A stretch of 64,000 bases of DNA from Actinomycetes bacterium. GTDB lineage: Bacteria; Actinomycetota; Actinomycetes; JAHEKZ01. A model generated the notes under the pieces. That model did no database searches and was not told the origin of the DNA. It worked only from the letters and a program-made list of their open reading frames with translations. Where the stretch lies: NCBI GenBank assembly GCA_024644435.1, contig JAHEKZ010000001.1:1703-65702 (forward strand). Direction: 5' to 3'. Both the position numbers and the translations under genes were made by a program. Below are positions 1 to 10,125 of the stretch, in pieces (the first letter of the stretch is position 1; the number at the start of each line of letters is the position of its first letter).

Positions 1-1426
1 CCCCGCCCGCCGTGCCTCGAAGATCCCGCCGGTCGCCGCACTTCGCGACGACGCCATGATCCCCACGAGGGCCTTGACGATCCGGGCCGGAGCGGGGGCA
101 CCTCAGATCGCCCTGGGCGCCGCGGCCATGATCGCTGGGGTGTCGAGCGGCGGCTCCTCCGGTGCGAGTCTGGTCGGGCTCGGGGTGCTGCTGCTGCTGA
201 CCGGAACAATCACCTTCAGCCCCGTACTGGCATCCCCGGTCGCTCGCGGGCTCGGCTGGCCGCTGCCCCGCCTGTTCGGCACCGTCGGTCGCCTCGCTGT
301 CGACAACGCCTCGCGTCAGCCACGCCGGACCGCCGCAACGGCATCAGCCCTCATGATCGGGCTCGCCCTGGTCACGGCGCTCACGATCTTCGCCTCATCG
401 ATCAGCGCGTCCCTCAACGCCGCGATCGACCGGGTGATCGGGGCTGAGTTCATCGTGGCGACCGAGACGCAGAGGCCCTACCCGCGAAGCGTCGCCAACG
501 AGATCGAACAGCTCGATGACGTGGCTGTGGTCTCCCGAACGACCTTCACCCAGGCGCAGATCGCCGCCGACTCGATTCCTGCCCCTGCCAAAGGCGACGA
601 CCCTCCGACGACATTCGTCGGTACGGTCGATCCCGGCTCGATTGGCGACGTCCTCAATCTGACCTTCACCGAGGGAGGGCTCAGTGACCTCACCGACAAC
701 GGTCTGATCGTCGACACCACCACGGCTACTGGCTCCGATCTCGCCGTCGGCGACGACGTCACGTTCACGTTCGCCAGTGGTTCAGAGACCTTCGAGGTCG
801 TCGGAACCTATGAGCCGGCCGGGTTCTTCACCGGCTACTCGATCACCAACCAGGCGCTCGAGAACGCCGGCGTGAAGATTGGCGACACCTTCGTCTACGT
901 CAAGGCATCGGACGGAGCCGACCTGACCGCGCTGCAGGCACAGATCGACGACATCCTGACCTCTTATCCGGGCGTGGTCGTCCAGAGCCAGGCCGAGCTC
1001 AAGGAACAGGTTCAGAGCAATGTCCAAGCTCTCCTTGGTGTGATGATCGCGCTGCTGGGCCTGGCCATCGTGATCGCGATCCTGGGGATCGTGAACACGC
1101 TCTTCCTGTCCGTTCTCGAGCGCACGCGTGAGATCGGCATGCTCCGAGCAGTAGGGACCAGTCGCTGGCAGATTCGGTGGATGGTCGTTCTGGAGTCCAT
1201 CGTCATCGCGGTCTTCGGCGCAGTTCTCGGGACGGCGCTGGGAGTGGCGTTCGCGACAGCTCTGCAGAAGACCCTCGCCGACCAAGGCATCGACGTCCTG
1301 AAGATCCCCTGGCCCTCGCTCGCGGGATACCTCGCGATCGCGATGGTGGTGGGAGCCCTTGCTGCGGCCTGGCCCGCCTATCGGGCGGCGCGGCTCGACG
1401 TTCTCAGGGCGATTACGACCGAGTGA
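1..1426 (+). CDS. ABC transporter permease, FtsX/MacB-like C-terminal half (5' partial; reading frame is open back to the window edge)
   Basis: Several TM segments and an FtsX-like C-terminal four-helix region (LGVMIALLGLAIVIAILGIVNTLFLSVLERTREIGMLRAVG). No stop codon upstream of the first Met in the same frame. Confidence 0.65.
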   Translation, partial: PARRASKIPPVAALRDDAMIPTRALTIRAGAGAPQIALGAAAMIAGVSSGGSSGASLVGLGVLLLLTGTITFSPVLASPVARGLGWPLPRLFGTVGRLAVDNASRQPRRTAATASALMIGLALVTALTIFASSISASLNAAIDRVIGAEFIVATETQRPYPRSVANEIEQLDDVAVVSRTTFTQAQIAADSIPAPAKGDDPPTTFVGTVDPGSIGDVLNLTFTEGGLSDLTDNGLIVDTTTATGSDLAVGDDVTFTFASGSETFEVVGTYEPAGFFTGYSITNQALENAGVKIGDTFVYVKASDGADLTALQAQIDDILTSYPGVVVQSQAELKEQVQSNVQALLGVMIALLGLAIVIAILGIVNTLFLSVLERTREIGMLRAVGTSRWQIRWMVVLESIVIAVFGAVLGTALGVAFATALQKTLADQGIDVLKIPWPSLAGYLAIAMVVGALAAAWPAYRAARLDVLRAITTE

Positions 1427-2096
1427 CCAGGCTTTGCAGTCCTCGCAGGTCGATCTCTGTGAGCGACGACACCACCGATCGTCGTGGTGCAGGGTCGATG
1501 GGAACGACGCTGGGCACTGCCACGACATGACATCCGGCTGCTTCCGCAGCCGAAATCCCGGCCGGGCTGTCCTCCAGCACCACGCTGTTCTCTGCCCGCA
1601 CGCCGAGTAGCTCCATCGCCGTGAGGTAGGGCTCTGGGTGTGGCTTGAGGTTGCGCACGTCGTCCGCAGTCACGTGATGGTGGAACGGCCTGATGGGTAG
1701 CTGGGCGAGCACGACATCCACATGGACGCGCACTGACGATGTCACCAGCGCCATGGGGACTCCCGCCTCGACCAGTTCGCGGATCAGCTCAACAGCCCCC
1801 GGCTGGAAGGCCACGTGCGAAGTGAGCTGTTCGGTCATGTTCCGCAGCAGCATGTCCATCACTGTGGGGACGTCCAACGAGCTCTTGGTGTACTCGATCA
1901 TGTAGCGCGAAGCCACTGGCAAGTTGCTGCCGAGCAGGTCTACCTGCTGTTGCTTGCCCCATACCCCGCCGAGCTGCGCGACCGTTGCGCTCTCAGCGGC
2001 AAACCACTGGGGCTCGGTGTCGACCAGCAGTCCGTCCATGTCGAACAGCACAGCCCCTAGGCCTTGAGCACCGTTCTCGGGCGGAGTGTGAGCCAT
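1413..2096 (-). CDS. HAD-superfamily hydrolase (beta-phosphoglucomutase-like)
   Basis: N-terminal DxD motif (LFDMDGLLVDTE) and C-terminal HAD motifs (LEDSPAGISAAEAAG). Confidence 0.75.
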   Translation of the reverse strand: MAHTPPENGAQGLGAVLFDMDGLLVDTEPQWFAAESATVAQLGGVWGKQQQVDLLGSNLPVASRYMIEYTKSSLDVPTVMDMLLRNMTEQLTSHVAFQPGAVELIRELVEAGVPMALVTSSVRVHVDVVLAQLPIRPFHHHVTADDVRNLKPHPEPYLTAMELLGVRAENSVVLEDSPAGISAAEAAGCHVVAVPSVVPIDPAPRRSVVSSLTEIDLRGLQSLVTRS

Positions 2097-2210
2097 GAGC
2101 GCCGACGATACCGATCGGACTCGACGGCTTGCCGGTCACCCTCGGAGCGGCGACCGACCACCGCCCGGTCCTCCGGCGTACGCTGACCGGATCATGTCGA
2201 GGAGGGGTCG

Positions 2211-3053
2211 ATGATCGAGCTCGAGGCGCTGCCGCCGCTCAACCAGCCGGTGCTGATCGCCGCGTTCGAGGGCTGGAACGACGCCGCCGAAGCCGCCACT
2301 GGCCTGATCGATCACATCCTGACGGAGTTCCCGGGGCAGCGGTTTGCCGACGTCGACCCTGAGGACTACTACGACTTCCAGGTGAATCGCCCGGTCATCT
2401 CGGTCGGCGAGCGTGGCGTGCGCGAGATCGCCTGGCCCGCGACCTCCGCTTACGCCACCTCGATTCCGCACGGACCCGACCTCGTAATCGTGCGCGGGAT
2501 CGAACCGAGCATGAAATGGCGCACCTTCATCAGCGAGATCATCGGGTTGGCCTTCGAGCTCGACGTCGACCGCGTCGTCACGATCGGCAGCCTGCTGGCC
2601 GACACCCCGCATACCCGACCCGTCCCCGTGACCTCCGTGGCATCAGATCCGGCCATCGCCGAACGTCTCGGGGTTGAGCTCACCAGATATGAAGGCCCTA
2701 CGGGGATCGTCGGGGCCCTCACCGAGGGGTTCACCCGCGCCGGGATCGAGACGCTCTCGTTCTGGGCCGCGGTTCCGCACTACGTCGCTCAGTCACCGTG
2801 CCCGAAAGCGACCCTCGCACTACTACGTGCCCTTGAGGATGCCCTAGACCTGACCATCCCCCCACGAGACCTCGAAGAGGAGTCACTCGCCTGGGAGCGT
2901 GGCGTCGACGAGCTCGCGGACGACGATGAGGAGGTGGCCGACTACGTAAAGTCGCTCGAAGAGGCTCGCGACACCGCTGATCTCCCTGAGGCGACCGGAG
3001 ACGCCATCGCCAAGGAGTTCGAACGCTACCTGCGACGCCGCGACGATCCCTGA
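2211..3053 (+). CDS. PAC2 (proteasome assembly chaperone 2) family protein
   Basis: MIELEALPPLNQPVLIAAFEGWNDAAEAATG is typical of the actinobacterial PAC2 family. The gene lies next to mshC, as in mycobacteria. Confidence 0.7.
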   Translation: MIELEALPPLNQPVLIAAFEGWNDAAEAATGLIDHILTEFPGQRFADVDPEDYYDFQVNRPVISVGERGVREIAWPATSAYATSIPHGPDLVIVRGIEPSMKWRTFISEIIGLAFELDVDRVVTIGSLLADTPHTRPVPVTSVASDPAIAERLGVELTRYEGPTGIVGALTEGFTRAGIETLSFWAAVPHYVAQSPCPKATLALLRALEDALDLTIPPRDLEEESLAWERGVDELADDDEEVADYVKSLEEARDTADLPEATGDAIAKEFERYLRRRDDP

Positions 3054-3074
3054 GCTCGAGTCACAGAGGTCAGG

Positions 3075-4312
3075 TCACGCGTCGAGCAGTGAGACCCCGA
3101 GCAGTGCCAGCACCAGCTCCGCCACCTGCCGGGGCGACTGGGGGTCGTCGCCCTCACCTGCCGCCGCCTCGTCAGCCCACGCATCCACCGCCGCCAGCGC
3201 CGCCGGTGAGTCCAGGTCTTGCGCAAGGGCGTGGCGAACGGCCTCGATGACCGGCCCGGCCGATGGCGCCCGATCGGCGGTCGCTGCGAACCTCCAGCGC
3301 AGGTAGCGGTCCTCGCCTCGTGTCAGGTCGTCGTCAGTCCACTCCCAGTCGGTCCGGTAGTGGTGGGCCAGCAGTGACAGGCGAATCGCCATCGGGTTGT
3401 GCCCGTCGTCTCGAAGCCTCGAGACGAACACCAAGTTCCCCTTCGACTTCGACATCTTCTGGCCGTTCAGACCCACCATCCCGGCATGCACGAAATGGTG
3501 GGCGAAGGGCTGCTCGCCCGAGATGAGGTGCGCCTGTGACGTTCCCATCTCGTGGTGCGGGAAGATCAGGTCGCTGCCGCCACCTTGAACGTCAAAGGCC
3601 CGCCCCAGGTAGTGGAGCGCGATCGCTGTGCACTCGATGTGCCACCCGGGGCGGCCGTGACCGAAGTGGGTGTCCCACGCTGGTTCACCAGGACGCTCGG
3701 CCTGCCAGAGCAACGGATCGAGCGCGTCTCGTTTCCCTTCCCGCTCCGGGTCACCCCCGCGTTCGGCGAAGAGCGCGAGCATGGTCTCGCGGGGGTACGA
3801 GCTGACGATGCCGAAGTCGGTGTCCTGTGCCACGGAGAAGTAGATGTCGTCATCGACGCGATAGGCCGCCCCCGAGGTCAGGAGCTCATCGATCCGGTCG
3901 ACCACCAGTGGGATCGACTCAACCGCACCGACGTACTCACGGGGCGGCAGAACGCCCAGCGCAGTCATGTCGTCACGGAAGAGTGCGGTCTCCGCTCTCG
4001 CCAGCTCTTCCCAGTCCTGCCCCGTGGCAACGGCTCTCTCGAGGAGCGGGTCGTCGACGTCTGTGACGTTCTGTACGTAGTGGACCTCATGGCCGGCATC
4101 GAGCCACATCCGTTGCACCAGATCGAACGCCACATAGGTTGCGGCATGGCCTAGATGCGTAGCGTCGTACGGGGTGATGCCGCACACGTAGAGTCGAGCG
4201 ACGGAGTCGGGAGTCGTCGGACGGATGCTCTGCGACGCCGTGTCATAGAGCGACAGCTGGCGGCCTTCCCCTGGGACGGCGGGCACGGGCGGCTGCGTCC
4301 AGGTTTCCACGA
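3075..4312 (-). CDS. mshC: L-cysteine:1D-myo-inositol 2-amino-2-deoxy-alpha-D-glucopyranoside ligase (mycothiol ligase MshC)
   Basis: Class I aaRS HIGH motif ([16 protein letters not shown]) and KMSKS motif. The protein is CysRS-like but lacks the anticodon-binding tail. I trimmed the 528-aa ORF to the GTG at 4310-4312 (VETWTQPP), giving about 412 aa. Confidence 0.85.
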
Positions 4313-4335
4313 GGCGTGAGCCTATCGGGACGCCC

Positions 4336-5046
4336 TCAGAACGGTGGCCAAGGGATCGCCGGCCAGTCGGGGGACGGTTGCGGGTGGGCCCCGTCGGTGA
4401 CCAGACGGCGCGCCCGCTCGACGAGCACCGCAAACTCCTCCTCTGCCAGCAGGTCGTGCAGGACTGCAACCGCGGTATCCCCGGAGGTGGCGCGCTCCAG
4501 CCAGCTCTCGAGGTCGGAGACCAGCGCTGGTGGGATCGGCAGACCCCGCCACTGCCACAACACCGTTCGTAGCTTGTCGTCGACGGCGAAGGAGACACCG
4601 TGGTCGATCCCCCAGATGGATCCGTCCACTGTCGGCAGCAGGTGACCCCCCTTGCGGTCACCGTTGTTGATCAATGCGTCGAACACCGCGATCCGGCGTA
4701 GGGCTTCGTGGTCGCTCTGGATAAGCGCCACCAGATCGACGCTGTCGTCGACGTCGACCCAGCGCTGGACCATGCCCGGCCCGTAGGGACCTTCGCGCCA
4801 CACCGTCGGCGGGACAAAGGACCATCCCAGGGTCTCAGCCACCACGTAGGCCGCCACCTCACGCTGGCTCAACGTGCCGTCGGGGAAGTCCCAGAGTGGC
4901 CTCTCGCCGGCACGTGGTTTGTAGATGACCAGAGGCTCGTCAGGGAGGTCCTTCAACCGACAGAGCAGGCTGCCGTTCGACGCATCGACGAGCTGGCCCA
5001 TGACCTCGAGCTCGCCAGCCCTCAACTCTTCGAGCGTTGATGTCAT
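4336..5046 (-). CDS. SCO1664-family protein (Rv2133c-like, PI3/4-kinase-like fold)
   Basis: Family-typical N-terminus ([19 protein letters not shown]) and conserved synteny with mshC and DUF3090. Confidence 0.65.
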   Translation of the reverse strand: MTSTLEELRAGELEVMGQLVDASNGSLLCRLKDLPDEPLVIYKPRAGERPLWDFPDGTLSQREVAAYVVAETLGWSFVPPTVWREGPYGPGMVQRWVDVDDSVDLVALIQSDHEALRRIAVFDALINNGDRKGGHLLPTVDGSIWGIDHGVSFAVDDKLRTVLWQWRGLPIPPALVSDLESWLERATSGDTAVAVLHDLLAEEEFAVLVERARRLVTDGAHPQPSPDWPAIPWPPF

Positions 5047-5576
5047 TGCCGGCGGTAGCCGTTGGCCCTCGGACAGATGTGTCCCTCTGGGTCGAGCGGC
5101 AACGTACAGAAGGGACAGGGTGGACGCCCAGCGGCGACGACGGTTTCCGCACGGTCGACGAAGGCGCGGGCCGTTGCTCCGGTGATTCTGACTTCCAGGA
5201 TGTCCCCCGTGAGCTCGTCGTCGTCTTCGGCCGGCTCGGACGAGGCCTCGATCAACACGCGGTCACTCTCACCGTCCCAGGCGATGCGCAGGACGGAGAC
5301 CCTGAAGTCTTCCTCGACCGGTGTGCTCAAGGGTGCGTCGTCGCGGTCACCGGGTGCGGCGATCACCGGAATCTGGTGTGATCCAGTACCTCGTCGAGTC
5401 AGCAGGTCGAGCATGGCGTCCAGTCGTTCCGCGAGCACCCGAACCTGCTCCTTCTCCAACGCGGCGCATGTCATGCGGGTGCCGTCAGTGACCTGCAGGA
5501 AGAACGTGCGTTGACCTGGGGGGCCGACCGTCCCCGCAACGAATCGATCGGGATCGACGTACGAGTGCTGGGTCAT
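5043..5576 (-). CDS. DUF3090 family protein (Rv2134c-like)
   Basis: C-terminal CPFCTLPLDPEGHICPR cysteine motif. The 4-nt overlap with the downstream gene suggests translational coupling. Confidence 0.7.
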   Translation of the reverse strand: MTQHSYVDPDRFVAGTVGPPGQRTFFLQVTDGTRMTCAALEKEQVRVLAERLDAMLDLLTRRGTGSHQIPVIAAPGDRDDAPLSTPVEEDFRVSVLRIAWDGESDRVLIEASSEPAEDDDELTGDILEVRITGATARAFVDRAETVVAAGRPPCPFCTLPLDPEGHICPRANGYRRQ

Positions 5577-6286
5577 CGTTTCCTCCTGCTTGGCTGGCTC
5601 GAACCAGCGCCACCGCCGACCACGGCATCCCCCTCGGCTGAACGGCGGCGACCGCGCTTGCGTGGTGTGAGCCCGGACACGTCTCCGCCCGTGTCGTTCA
5701 TGCGTTCCACGAAGGGTCGAGTTGGCGAGTACTGCACCACGCTGAGCGAAGCCGGGTCGACAACGATGCGTTGAAACAGGTCGAGGTGAAGCCCCAACGC
5801 ATCGGCGAGAACCGCTTTGATGACGTCGCCGTGGGAGACGACCGCGTAGAGCGCATCCTTGCCAAGCTCGTCATTCCATCGCCGGATCGCCGCCACGGCA
5901 CGCGCCTGCATCTCGGCCAGGCTCTCAGCGCCTTCGCCGGGAAAACGCGCGGCGCTGGGATGGTGCTGCACGACCTTCCACAATGGCTGTTTGGTGAGGG
6001 CTTTGAGGGGTTCGCCGGTCCAGTCGCCGTAGCGCACCTCAGCCACGTCCTGATCGACGTGGACCGTGACGTCGCGCTCGCCCACAAGGACGCCGGTGGT
6101 CTCGCGGCAGCGTTCCAGGGGGCTGGTTACCACGGCGGTCAGCGGCAGCGACGAGATCCGGGTCGCCAGAACGGTCGCCTGCGCTATCCCCACATCGTCG
6201 AGTTGGACGCCTGGCGTCCAACCGGCGAGCGTGCCGGAAGCATTTGCGGTCGTCCGGCCGTGCCGGACCAAGAGCACTGTTGCCAC
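5573..6286 (-). CDS. Histidine phosphatase family protein (Rv2135c-like phosphomutase-like)
   Basis: RHG catalytic motif at the N-terminus (LLVRHGRTTAN). Confidence 0.75.
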   Translation of the reverse strand: MATVLLVRHGRTTANASGTLAGWTPGVQLDDVGIAQATVLATRISSLPLTAVVTSPLERCRETTGVLVGERDVTVHVDQDVAEVRYGDWTGEPLKALTKQPLWKVVQHHPSAARFPGEGAESLAEMQARAVAAIRRWNDELGKDALYAVVSHGDVIKAVLADALGLHLDLFQRIVVDPASLSVVQYSPTRPFVERMNDTGGDVSGLTPRKRGRRRSAEGDAVVGGGAGSSQPSRRKR

Positions 6287-6336
6287 GAACCCACCCTAGG
6301 TGGCTCGCCACCGGCCGACGATTCCGGGCGAAGTCG

Positions 6337-7167
6337 CTATCCGCCTACGGTCGCGTCGATGACGCCGGTCGCCAGCAGGACGAGCACGATCGTTCCCAGG
6401 GCGATGCGGTAGATCACGAACGGCAGGTAGGAGCGTGTCCGCAGGTACCGAAGCAACCAGGCGATCACCGCGTAGCCGACCACAAAGGCGGCGACGGTTG
6501 CCACCAGAGTCTTGGCCATCCCGGGCTCGGCCGTGGCACTCACGTCCGGGATCTGGAAGATGGCTGAGGCCACAACGGCCGGGATAGCCAGCAGGAAGGC
6601 GTAGCGTGTGGCAGCTTCTCTGGTGTACCCGAGAGCGAGCCCCATGCTGATCGTTGCCCCGGAGCGCGACACCCCAGGCACCAGCGCCAGCATCTGAGCA
6701 CCGCCATAGAGCACCGAGTCGCGCAGGTTGAGGCGTTCCATGGGGCGCTCGTTGGCCGCCAGCCGGTCGATGACCCCCAGGATCAGACCAAAGAGCACCA
6801 GGTTGATCCCGATCACCCAGAGGTTCCGGAACGAGGTCTGGATCGTGCTCTCCAGCAGGACCCCCGCGATGCCGATCGGGATCGTCCCGATGATGATGTA
6901 CCAGCCCATCCGGGCGTCGAGGTGCCCACGCAGCGCCGGCCGCCACAGCGACCGCAGCCAGGTCAGTGCGATGCGCCAGATGTCCTTGCGGAAGTACCAG
7001 ATGACGGCCAGCTCGGTGCCGATCTGGGTGACGGCGGTGAACGAGGCCCCTGGGTCCGACTGGCCGAACAGCTGCGGGTAGATGGCCAGGTGAGCGCTGC
7101 TGGAGATGGGGAGGAACTCGGTGAGGCCCTGGAGGATGCCGAGGAGGACGGCCTCCAGCCAGCTCAT
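6337..7167 (-). CDS. uppP: Undecaprenyl-diphosphate phosphatase
   Basis: MSWLEAVLLGILQGLTEFLPISSSAHL signature; polytopic membrane protein. Confidence 0.9.
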   Translation of the reverse strand: MSWLEAVLLGILQGLTEFLPISSSAHLAIYPQLFGQSDPGASFTAVTQIGTELAVIWYFRKDIWRIALTWLRSLWRPALRGHLDARMGWYIIIGTIPIGIAGVLLESTIQTSFRNLWVIGINLVLFGLILGVIDRLAANERPMERLNLRDSVLYGGAQMLALVPGVSRSGATISMGLALGYTREAATRYAFLLAIPAVVASAIFQIPDVSATAEPGMAKTLVATVAAFVVGYAVIAWLLRYLRTRSYLPFVIYRIALGTIVLVLLATGVIDATVGG

Positions 7168-7245
7168 GTCCCGTCCCTGTGGGTCGACCTCGTTCTCCGC
7201 ATGGCGTGGGACTCTAGCGAGCGTTGGTCGCTACGCTCACGCTGC

Positions 7246-8247
7246 ATGGAGCAACGACACCTCGGGTCGACCGGGCTCACCGTTTCCCGGCTCGGTCTGG
7301 GCACGATGACCTGGGGCCGCGATACCGACGAGCACGAGGCCCGTGACCAGCTCGCCCACTTCTGCGAGGCAGGGGGGACGTTGGTCGACACCGCAGATGT
7401 CTATGTCGACGGTGCCGCTGAACGGATCCTCGGCACCTTGGTCGGTGATGTCATTCCGCGCCGCGATGTCGTGATCGCCACCAAGGCCGCGAGCCGGCCC
7501 GGCACCGATCGTCGGTTCGACGCATCCCGTGGATACCTACTTTCGTCTCTCGACGACTCGCTGAGACGACTCAACACCGACTACGTCGACCTGTGGCAGT
7601 TCCACGCCTGGGATCCGCTCACGCCGATCGATGAGACGCTCTCGGCCGCCGACGAGGCTGTGCGGTCGGGCAAGGCCCGCTATGTGGGAATCTCGAACTA
7701 CTCCGGATGGCAGACCGCATGGGCTTGTGCCTGGCAAGCGGCATTTCCGGGGCGAGCTCCGCTCGTGGCCAGCCAGATGGAGTACTCGTTGCTGCAACGG
7801 GGAATCGAGCGTGAGGTGCTGCCCGCGCTGCACCAGTCGGGTGCCGGCATCCTGGCTTGGTCGCCTCTCGGCCGCGGCGTCCTCACCGGCAAGTACCGCG
7901 GAGGCACTCCGTCAGACTCGCGAGCGGCGTCTGAGCACTTCACCGAGTTCGTGCGTCCCTTCCTGGACGAGCGATGCCGACAGGTCGTCGAGGCGGTTGT
8001 CACGGCGGCCAGTGGCCTGGGCGTGGCTCCCCTCGAAGTCGCTCTTGCGTGGGTCAGGGACCGGCCCGGCGTCACGTCGGCCATCGTCGGAGCCCGAACC
8101 GCGGCCCAGCTGCTCGGGTCGCTGGCAGCTGAGACCTTGGAGCTGCCCGACGAGATCGTGACGGCACTGGACGAGGTGTCGACCCCTGCTCGCAGCTATC
8201 CCGAGCACGGCTGGAACCAACGCGTCCTTCCCGACGCCGGTGAGTGA
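7246..8247 (+). CDS. Aldo/keto reductase
   Basis: GLGTMTWG…DTADVY and an AKR-type C-terminus. The start was trimmed from 6922 to the ATG at 7246 (MEQRHLGSTGL). Confidence 0.85.
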   Translation: MEQRHLGSTGLTVSRLGLGTMTWGRDTDEHEARDQLAHFCEAGGTLVDTADVYVDGAAERILGTLVGDVIPRRDVVIATKAASRPGTDRRFDASRGYLLSSLDDSLRRLNTDYVDLWQFHAWDPLTPIDETLSAADEAVRSGKARYVGISNYSGWQTAWACAWQAAFPGRAPLVASQMEYSLLQRGIEREVLPALHQSGAGILAWSPLGRGVLTGKYRGGTPSDSRAASEHFTEFVRPFLDERCRQVVEAVVTAASGLGVAPLEVALAWVRDRPGVTSAIVGARTAAQLLGSLAAETLELPDEIVTALDEVSTPARSYPEHGWNQRVLPDAGE

Positions 8248-8468
8248 TGGGCCCGCGCGCGATCGAGTACGAGACGTGGCGGATCGACTTTCCGCGCACG
8301 GCCACGAGAAGTGAGATCCGGAGCGCTCTGACCGAGCACGCCGAGTATGGGCGTTGGGAGCTCTGGAGGGTGCGCCGCTACGTCGACGGGCGCTGCCGGG
8401 TCTGGCTCAGGCGCCGCCGCTACCGGATTGCCCCGAGCCCCTGGGTGCCGAGGGCCGCGGCCCGCTGA
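8247..8468 (+). CDS. Small conserved actinobacterial protein (DUF5703-like)
   Basis: 73-aa basic protein (YETWRIDFPRTATRSEIRSALTEHAEYGRWELWRVRRY). Its start overlaps the AKR stop (TGATG). Confidence 0.45.
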   Translation: MGPRAIEYETWRIDFPRTATRSEIRSALTEHAEYGRWELWRVRRYVDGRCRVWLRRRRYRIAPSPWVPRAAAR

Positions 8469-8471
8469 CTG

Positions 8472-9806
8472 CTAGGCCAGGTCGAGGAACCGGTCCAGAA
8501 CCCGCGCGCCGAACTCGAGGGCATCCACCGGCACGCGTTCGTCTACGCCATGGAAGAGGTCGGCAAATGCCAGCGTCTCTGGCAGGCGCAAGGGAGCGAA
8601 CCCGTAGCCAGGAATCCCCAGGTTGGCGAAGGCCTTGGCGTCCGTCCCACCGCTGAGGGTGTACGGCACAGCCCTGGCCTGAGGGTCGTGCTCGAGCAAC
8701 GACTTGACCATGGCGTCCACCACGGGGCCCTCGAAGGGTGCCTCGAGTGCGATGTCGTCCACGATGGCCGTCCGGGTGATGTCGGGCCCGAGAAGTCCAT
8801 CGATCGTGGCCAGGAAATCGTCCCGGCCACCCGGCAGGAATCGTCCGTCCACCACTGCACTGGCCGAGCCGGGTATGACGTTGGCCTTGTACCCGGCATC
8901 GAGCATCGTCGGCGCAGCGCTGTGCCGCAGGGTGGCGCCGACCATGGGGGCGATAGGCCCCAGCCTGGCCACGACGTCTTCCGGCGTCGTGTCGTCGGGA
9001 AGGTTGAGCGCCGATCGCACCTCAGACAAGAAACGTTCGACGGTCGACGTCATGGTGACCGGGAACTCGTGCGAACCGATGCGGGCAACAGTTTCGGTCA
9101 GGCGCGTCACAGCATTCTCATGGTTGACCATCGACCCATGACCGGCCCGGCCTTCGGCCGTGAGCCGCATCCACGAAATCCCCTTCTCTGCCGCTTCAAT
9201 GAGGTACAGCCGGAGCTGAGGATCGACGGTGAAGCTAAAACCCCCGACCTCACCGATGGCCACGCCCACGCCCTCGAACAGGTCGGGGCGGTTCTTCACG
9301 AGCCACTGCGAGCCGAAGAGACCGCCGGCCTCTTCGTCTGCCAGGAAGGCGAGAACGAGCGGCCGCCGCGGTCTGCGGCCGGTACGCATCCGGTCGCGCA
9401 CGACCGACAAGATCATGGCGTCCATGTCCTTCATGTCGATCGCACCACGACCCCAGACCATAGGTACGCCTTCGTCGTCGTGAATCTCCGCGGCGAACGG
9501 CGGGTGCGTCCAGTCATCGGCGTTGGCCGGCACGACGTCCAGGTGGCCGTGTAACAGGATGGCTGGCTCTTCGATGTCCTCGCCCTCCATCCGCGCGAAG
9601 ACGCTCGTGCGCCCAGGTGCGGACTCAACCAGCTCCGGCGCAAGGCCGACGTCGCTCAGCAGGCCCGCGACATACTCGGCGGCGTCACGCTCCTGGGATC
9701 TTGGGTCGTCGCCGTAGTTGCTGGTGTCGAACTGAATCAGCCGTTGGCAGAAGCCAACAACCTCAGCTGCTGGGTCGCTGTCATGAGGGGTCGAGGTGAC
9801 TGTCAC
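8472..9806 (-). CDS. M20/M25/M40 family metallopeptidase (dipeptidase, Rv2141c-like)
   Basis: HGHLDVVPA…D motif and M20 dimerisation/catalytic motifs (EEAGG, GATD-like). Confidence 0.85.
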   Translation of the reverse strand: MTVTSTPHDSDPAAEVVGFCQRLIQFDTSNYGDDPRSQERDAAEYVAGLLSDVGLAPELVESAPGRTSVFARMEGEDIEEPAILLHGHLDVVPANADDWTHPPFAAEIHDDEGVPMVWGRGAIDMKDMDAMILSVVRDRMRTGRRPRRPLVLAFLADEEAGGLFGSQWLVKNRPDLFEGVGVAIGEVGGFSFTVDPQLRLYLIEAAEKGISWMRLTAEGRAGHGSMVNHENAVTRLTETVARIGSHEFPVTMTSTVERFLSEVRSALNLPDDTTPEDVVARLGPIAPMVGATLRHSAAPTMLDAGYKANVIPGSASAVVDGRFLPGGRDDFLATIDGLLGPDITRTAIVDDIALEAPFEGPVVDAMVKSLLEHDPQARAVPYTLSGGTDAKAFANLGIPGYGFAPLRLPETLAFADLFHGVDERVPVDALEFGARVLDRFLDLA

Positions 9807-9886
9807 TCCCCTATCCTGCCTGGCTGATCGGCCATCCGGCCCGATTTCGACGGGCCAGTTGCCGTTGGTAGGCTGACTTCTCGCTC

Positions 9887-9973
9887 GTCCGAGTGGCGGA
9901 ATTTGGTAGACGCGCTAGCTTGAGGTGCTAGTGCCCGAAAGGGCTTGGGGGTTCAAGTCCCCCCTCGGACACC
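9887..9973 (+). tRNA. tRNA-Leu (anticodon GAG), type II tRNA with a long variable arm
   Basis: GTCCGAGTGGCGGAATTTGGTAGACGCGCTAGCTTGAGGTGCTAG…GGGGTTCAAGTCCCCCCTCGGACACC aligns by eye with canonical bacterial tRNA-Leu. The anticodon loop is TTGAGGT and the acceptor stem is GTCCGAG/CTCGGAC. Confidence 0.85.
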
Positions 9974-10125
9974 GCAGTAAGTCTCCCGATCGGTGTGTCG
10001 CCGTGCTGCGGTGCAGAACCCACGCAGATCTGCGCATCCCGTCATCCAGATGGCCGATCTTCCCCCCTGAAATGCCTGAACCGCTCCGATCACCGGACAA
10101 GCGCTGCGAAGATGGTGCGCTGTTG

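Noticed and set aside
4313-4661. N-terminal extensions of ORF-track models. Examples: mshC as 528 aa, the hydrolase as 624 aa, TrmH as 630 aa, the AKR as 441 aa, and sufB, the ABC-F gene, purU and the ABC-2 permease.
   Set aside because: The extensions are low-complexity, unsupported by homolog lengths, and would overlap upstream genes. Internal ATG/GTG codons give canonical protein lengths and often 4-nt coupling overlaps.
8550-9554. Long antisense and out-of-frame ORFs in the six-frame track. Examples: 8550-9554, 14359-15441, 15273-16088, 19426-20397, 20978-21670, 26416-27528, 30679-31419, 33546-34427, 37593-38675, 47401-48330, 50258-51280 and 59761-60969.
   Set aside because: Each lies entirely within, and opposite to or out of frame with, a gene that has strong family motifs. 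Their translations are Arg/Pro/Gly-rich low-complexity sequence, typical of shadow ORFs in about 70% GC DNA.
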